From: an uncultured Planctomycetota bacterium
Lineage (GTDB): Bacteria; Planctomycetota; Planctomycetia; Isosphaerales; Isosphaeraceae
Direction: 5' to 3'
DNA: 64,000 bases
Assembly: GCA_963845755.1 (NCBI GenBank)
Contig: CAWJTV010000011.1
Location: 320,001 to 384,000 of the forward strand
Below are positions 62,042-64,000 of this stretch, in pieces. Below the pieces are notes generated by a model. That model did not search any database. It saw only the letters and a program-made list of their open reading frames with translations, and had not been told where the DNA came from. The translations under genes were made by a program, and so were the position numbers. How positions within the stretch are numbered: position 1 is the stretch's first letter; every line of letters starts with the position of its first letter.

Positions 62042-62716
62042 ATGCGCAACCGAGTCCGTCTCGCGAATGCCAGCGTTGCTTCGGCATTGCTCTTGTTTTG
62101 TGTGCAGACGCAAACCTACGCTCAACCCGTGAACATCAGGGCCTTGTCCGATCGTTCTTACCAGATGGGCGCCGCTGAGAGCTGGAGGGTGAGGCTCCCG
62201 CGTGGCACCCAGTACAAAGCCACGCCGTCGTCAACACCCGACAGTTTCGACGATGATGATGTCCTGGTGAGGACCGATCTCGTCCTTGGTGGTCATGTGA
62301 CTGTCACGTTTCCACAGGGAAGCGTGTTCCAACTCGCGGCCGGTCCAGGGAATCGAGTCACGATTCCCCTGGAAACGTTCGTCACACTTCCGGCTGGGAC
62401 GAGCGTGACAGTCCTGCGCGGTAACATCAACAGGGCGGTCACGCTCACAGGGGCCGTCACCGTGAAAACCGTCGATCTCCTACACATAACCCTCCCCGAC
62501 CCGCCACCAGCACGGGCACAGGCTGCGGTCCCGGCGCCTCGGCGACCGTCGATTCTCGTCGGCATCCTCAACCCGGCGCCCACGGATCCGGCCTGCGCCG
62601 GGTACGGGGGCTGGGGCTCGGCCGTATCGGTCGTGGGCCCGAGCATCGCCGCGCGTTGCACCGGCAGGCATCAACGTTTTGCACATTCATATTTCTATAT
62701 ATTGTCAGCTTACTGA
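62042..62716 (+). CDS. Secreted hypothetical protein
   Basis: Signal-peptide-like N-terminus, GAGG upstream, beta-rich V.LP.GT-like repeats; start could be 62039. Confidence 0.5.
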   Translation: MRNRVRLANASVASALLLFCVQTQTYAQPVNIRALSDRSYQMGAAESWRVRLPRGTQYKATPSSTPDSFDDDDVLVRTDLVLGGHVTVTFPQGSVFQLAAGPGNRVTIPLETFVTLPAGTSVTVLRGNINRAVTLTGAVTVKTVDLLHITLPDPPPARAQAAVPAPRRPSILVGILNPAPTDPACAGYGGWGSAVSVVGPSIAARCTGRHQRFAHSYFYILSAY

Positions 62717-62757
62717 TGACGCGTGATCGAAACATCGACGTTCTGCCGTCCGCGATC

Positions 62758-63999
62758 CTACTCGGGTGAGGGAAACATCACGGATTCGACCCTCTGAGCC
62801 GGTCCAGGAGCGACCGTCTCGCCGGGGTCTTCGCCGTCCGAGATGGGACTCTCGCCGTTGGGGAGGCTGTTCTGGTGGCCGCGGTTCCCGGCCTGTCGTC
62901 CGATCCGCGACGGTTGACCGCCGACCGAGAGTCGAACCGAAGAACGCGATGGAGTGCGATCCTGTGTACGGAGTGCGGTGGGTCCGCCCTCGACGCGTAC
63001 CACCGTGGCCGGACCGGGAATGCGTGAGGACATCGGAGGCGGAACTCTCCGCCGCGCCTGGGGTCCTGGGGACGCTTCCGGAGAATAGCTGGTTTGCAGG
63101 ATCGAGTCGGTTGTGCGCCGCGGGGGTTCGACTCTCGAGGTGCCCGTCGGCACGGGTCTACCGGCCGGAGAAACGGGTGGTGCCGGTGTCGGCGGAGTTG
63201 CCGGCACTATGGCAGGAGTCGTCGACGGGGCCGCCGGCGACGTCGCGCCTGGGGTTGAGGGGACGGCACCCGTGCTGGGCGCGGCCGGATTAAGAACCGG
63301 GGGCGGAACGGTCGCCGGCGCGGGCGGTGTGTTCGTCATCCCCGGGAACAGAGAGCCTGCGGGAGCCCCGGTCACCGCGCCCGGCGCGAGCACCGTGAAC
63401 TGCGGCAACTGGCCGCCGAGCGGGAGGACGGTCAGCGGCGGCAGGGCCAGTCCCGGCGGCGTGGCCTCGACCCGCGTCGATGTGGTCGTGTTGTTCAGTT
63501 GCGGGTTCGCCGTCGTGCTGGTGGTGGCCGTGAGCACGAGATTGTTGGTCGGCTGTGGGGTCGGCTTCGGATCGGTCTCGACGTACAGGTGGTTCGAGAT
63601 TCCATTGGGTGTCGCGATGTGGACGTCGATGATCGCCCAACCGCAGGGCTGCTGCTTCGGCTTAGTCGGATCCGGATTCAGCGGCCTGGTGGGATCCGGA
63701 TTCAAGGGCCTGTCCGGGTCGGGGTTCAGGTCTCGCCGGTCCCCCGCGGGATTGTGCGGTCGGAGCGAATTGAATCCTGCAACACCGGGGTGGTTAATGG
63801 GCTGGCCCGGGTTCGGGTTCGGCGGTCGGGTCGGGTCCGGATTCAATGCCCGTGTGGGGTCCGGGTTGGGCATGCCGGTGGTGTGCGCGGCCTGGGCCGA
63901 GTGCGGATCGACACAATAGTGCTTGTAGACTCGGGCGTTGGCGGGAATGACGATCTCCATGACGTTGCGGCTGACGAGCCGCTTCTGGGCGTCGGGCAC
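62758..63999 (-). CDS. 3' part of a Pro/Thr-rich hypothetical protein (5' end outside window)
   Basis: Open frame to window edge; LNPDPTRP octapeptide repeats; Pro/Ala/Thr-rich tail. Confidence 0.65.
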   Translation of the reverse strand: MPDAQKRLVSRNVMEIVIPANARVYKHYCVDPHSAQAAHTTGMPNPDPTRALNPDPTRPPNPNPGQPINHPGVAGFNSLRPHNPAGDRRDLNPDPDRPLNPDPTRPLNPDPTKPKQQPCGWAIIDVHIATPNGISNHLYVETDPKPTPQPTNNLVLTATTSTTANPQLNNTTTSTRVEATPPGLALPPLTVLPLGGQLPQFTVLAPGAVTGAPAGSLFPGMTNTPPAPATVPPPVLNPAAPSTGAVPSTPGATSPAAPSTTPAIVPATPPTPAPPVSPAGRPVPTGTSRVEPPRRTTDSILQTSYSPEASPGPQARRRVPPPMSSRIPGPATVVRVEGGPTALRTQDRTPSRSSVRLSVGGQPSRIGRQAGNRGHQNSLPNGESPISDGEDPGETVAPGPAQRVESVMFPSPE

Positions 64000-64000
64000 G

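Noticed and set aside
63655..63875. RiPP precursor with repeated cores
   Set aside because: Repeats lie inside a large protein and no modifying enzymes or peptidase are visible in the window

Overview
High-GC bacterial window, almost certainly from a planctomycete (Isosphaeraceae-like, inferred from gene content). It holds four DUF1559 prepilin-like genes, TPR-ASPIC/UnbV, LEPR-XLL secreted proteins, an extended ECF sigma factor, two Uma2 genes and HEAT proteins. There are about 45 genes, mostly for envelope functions and carbohydrate handling, and no rRNA, tRNA or CRISPR. Two complete IS elements have visible TIRs and target duplications: ISKra4-family at 45214-46634 and IS4-family at 51571-53059. 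There is also a 120-bp MITE, several REP-like families and heptamer inverted arrays. About 18 genes are split by small indels, most simply explained as sequencing or assembly error, so split genes are reported as single genes. Best candidates for undescribed biology: (1) a divergent module of DUF1559 pilin-like gene, lipoprotein, Thr-type membrane 'sulfatase', TPR-ASPIC/UnbV and heptaheme cytochrome-TPR; (2) sharp in-frame islets of A/T-ending codons inside GC-rich genes; (3) two distant sigma70-like promoters sharing an operator-like 8-mer; (4) a GH-A-like secreted enzyme with 504-bp tandem domains beside a carbohydrate-sensor-like ECF sigma. All family calls come from motif recognition, not database searches.
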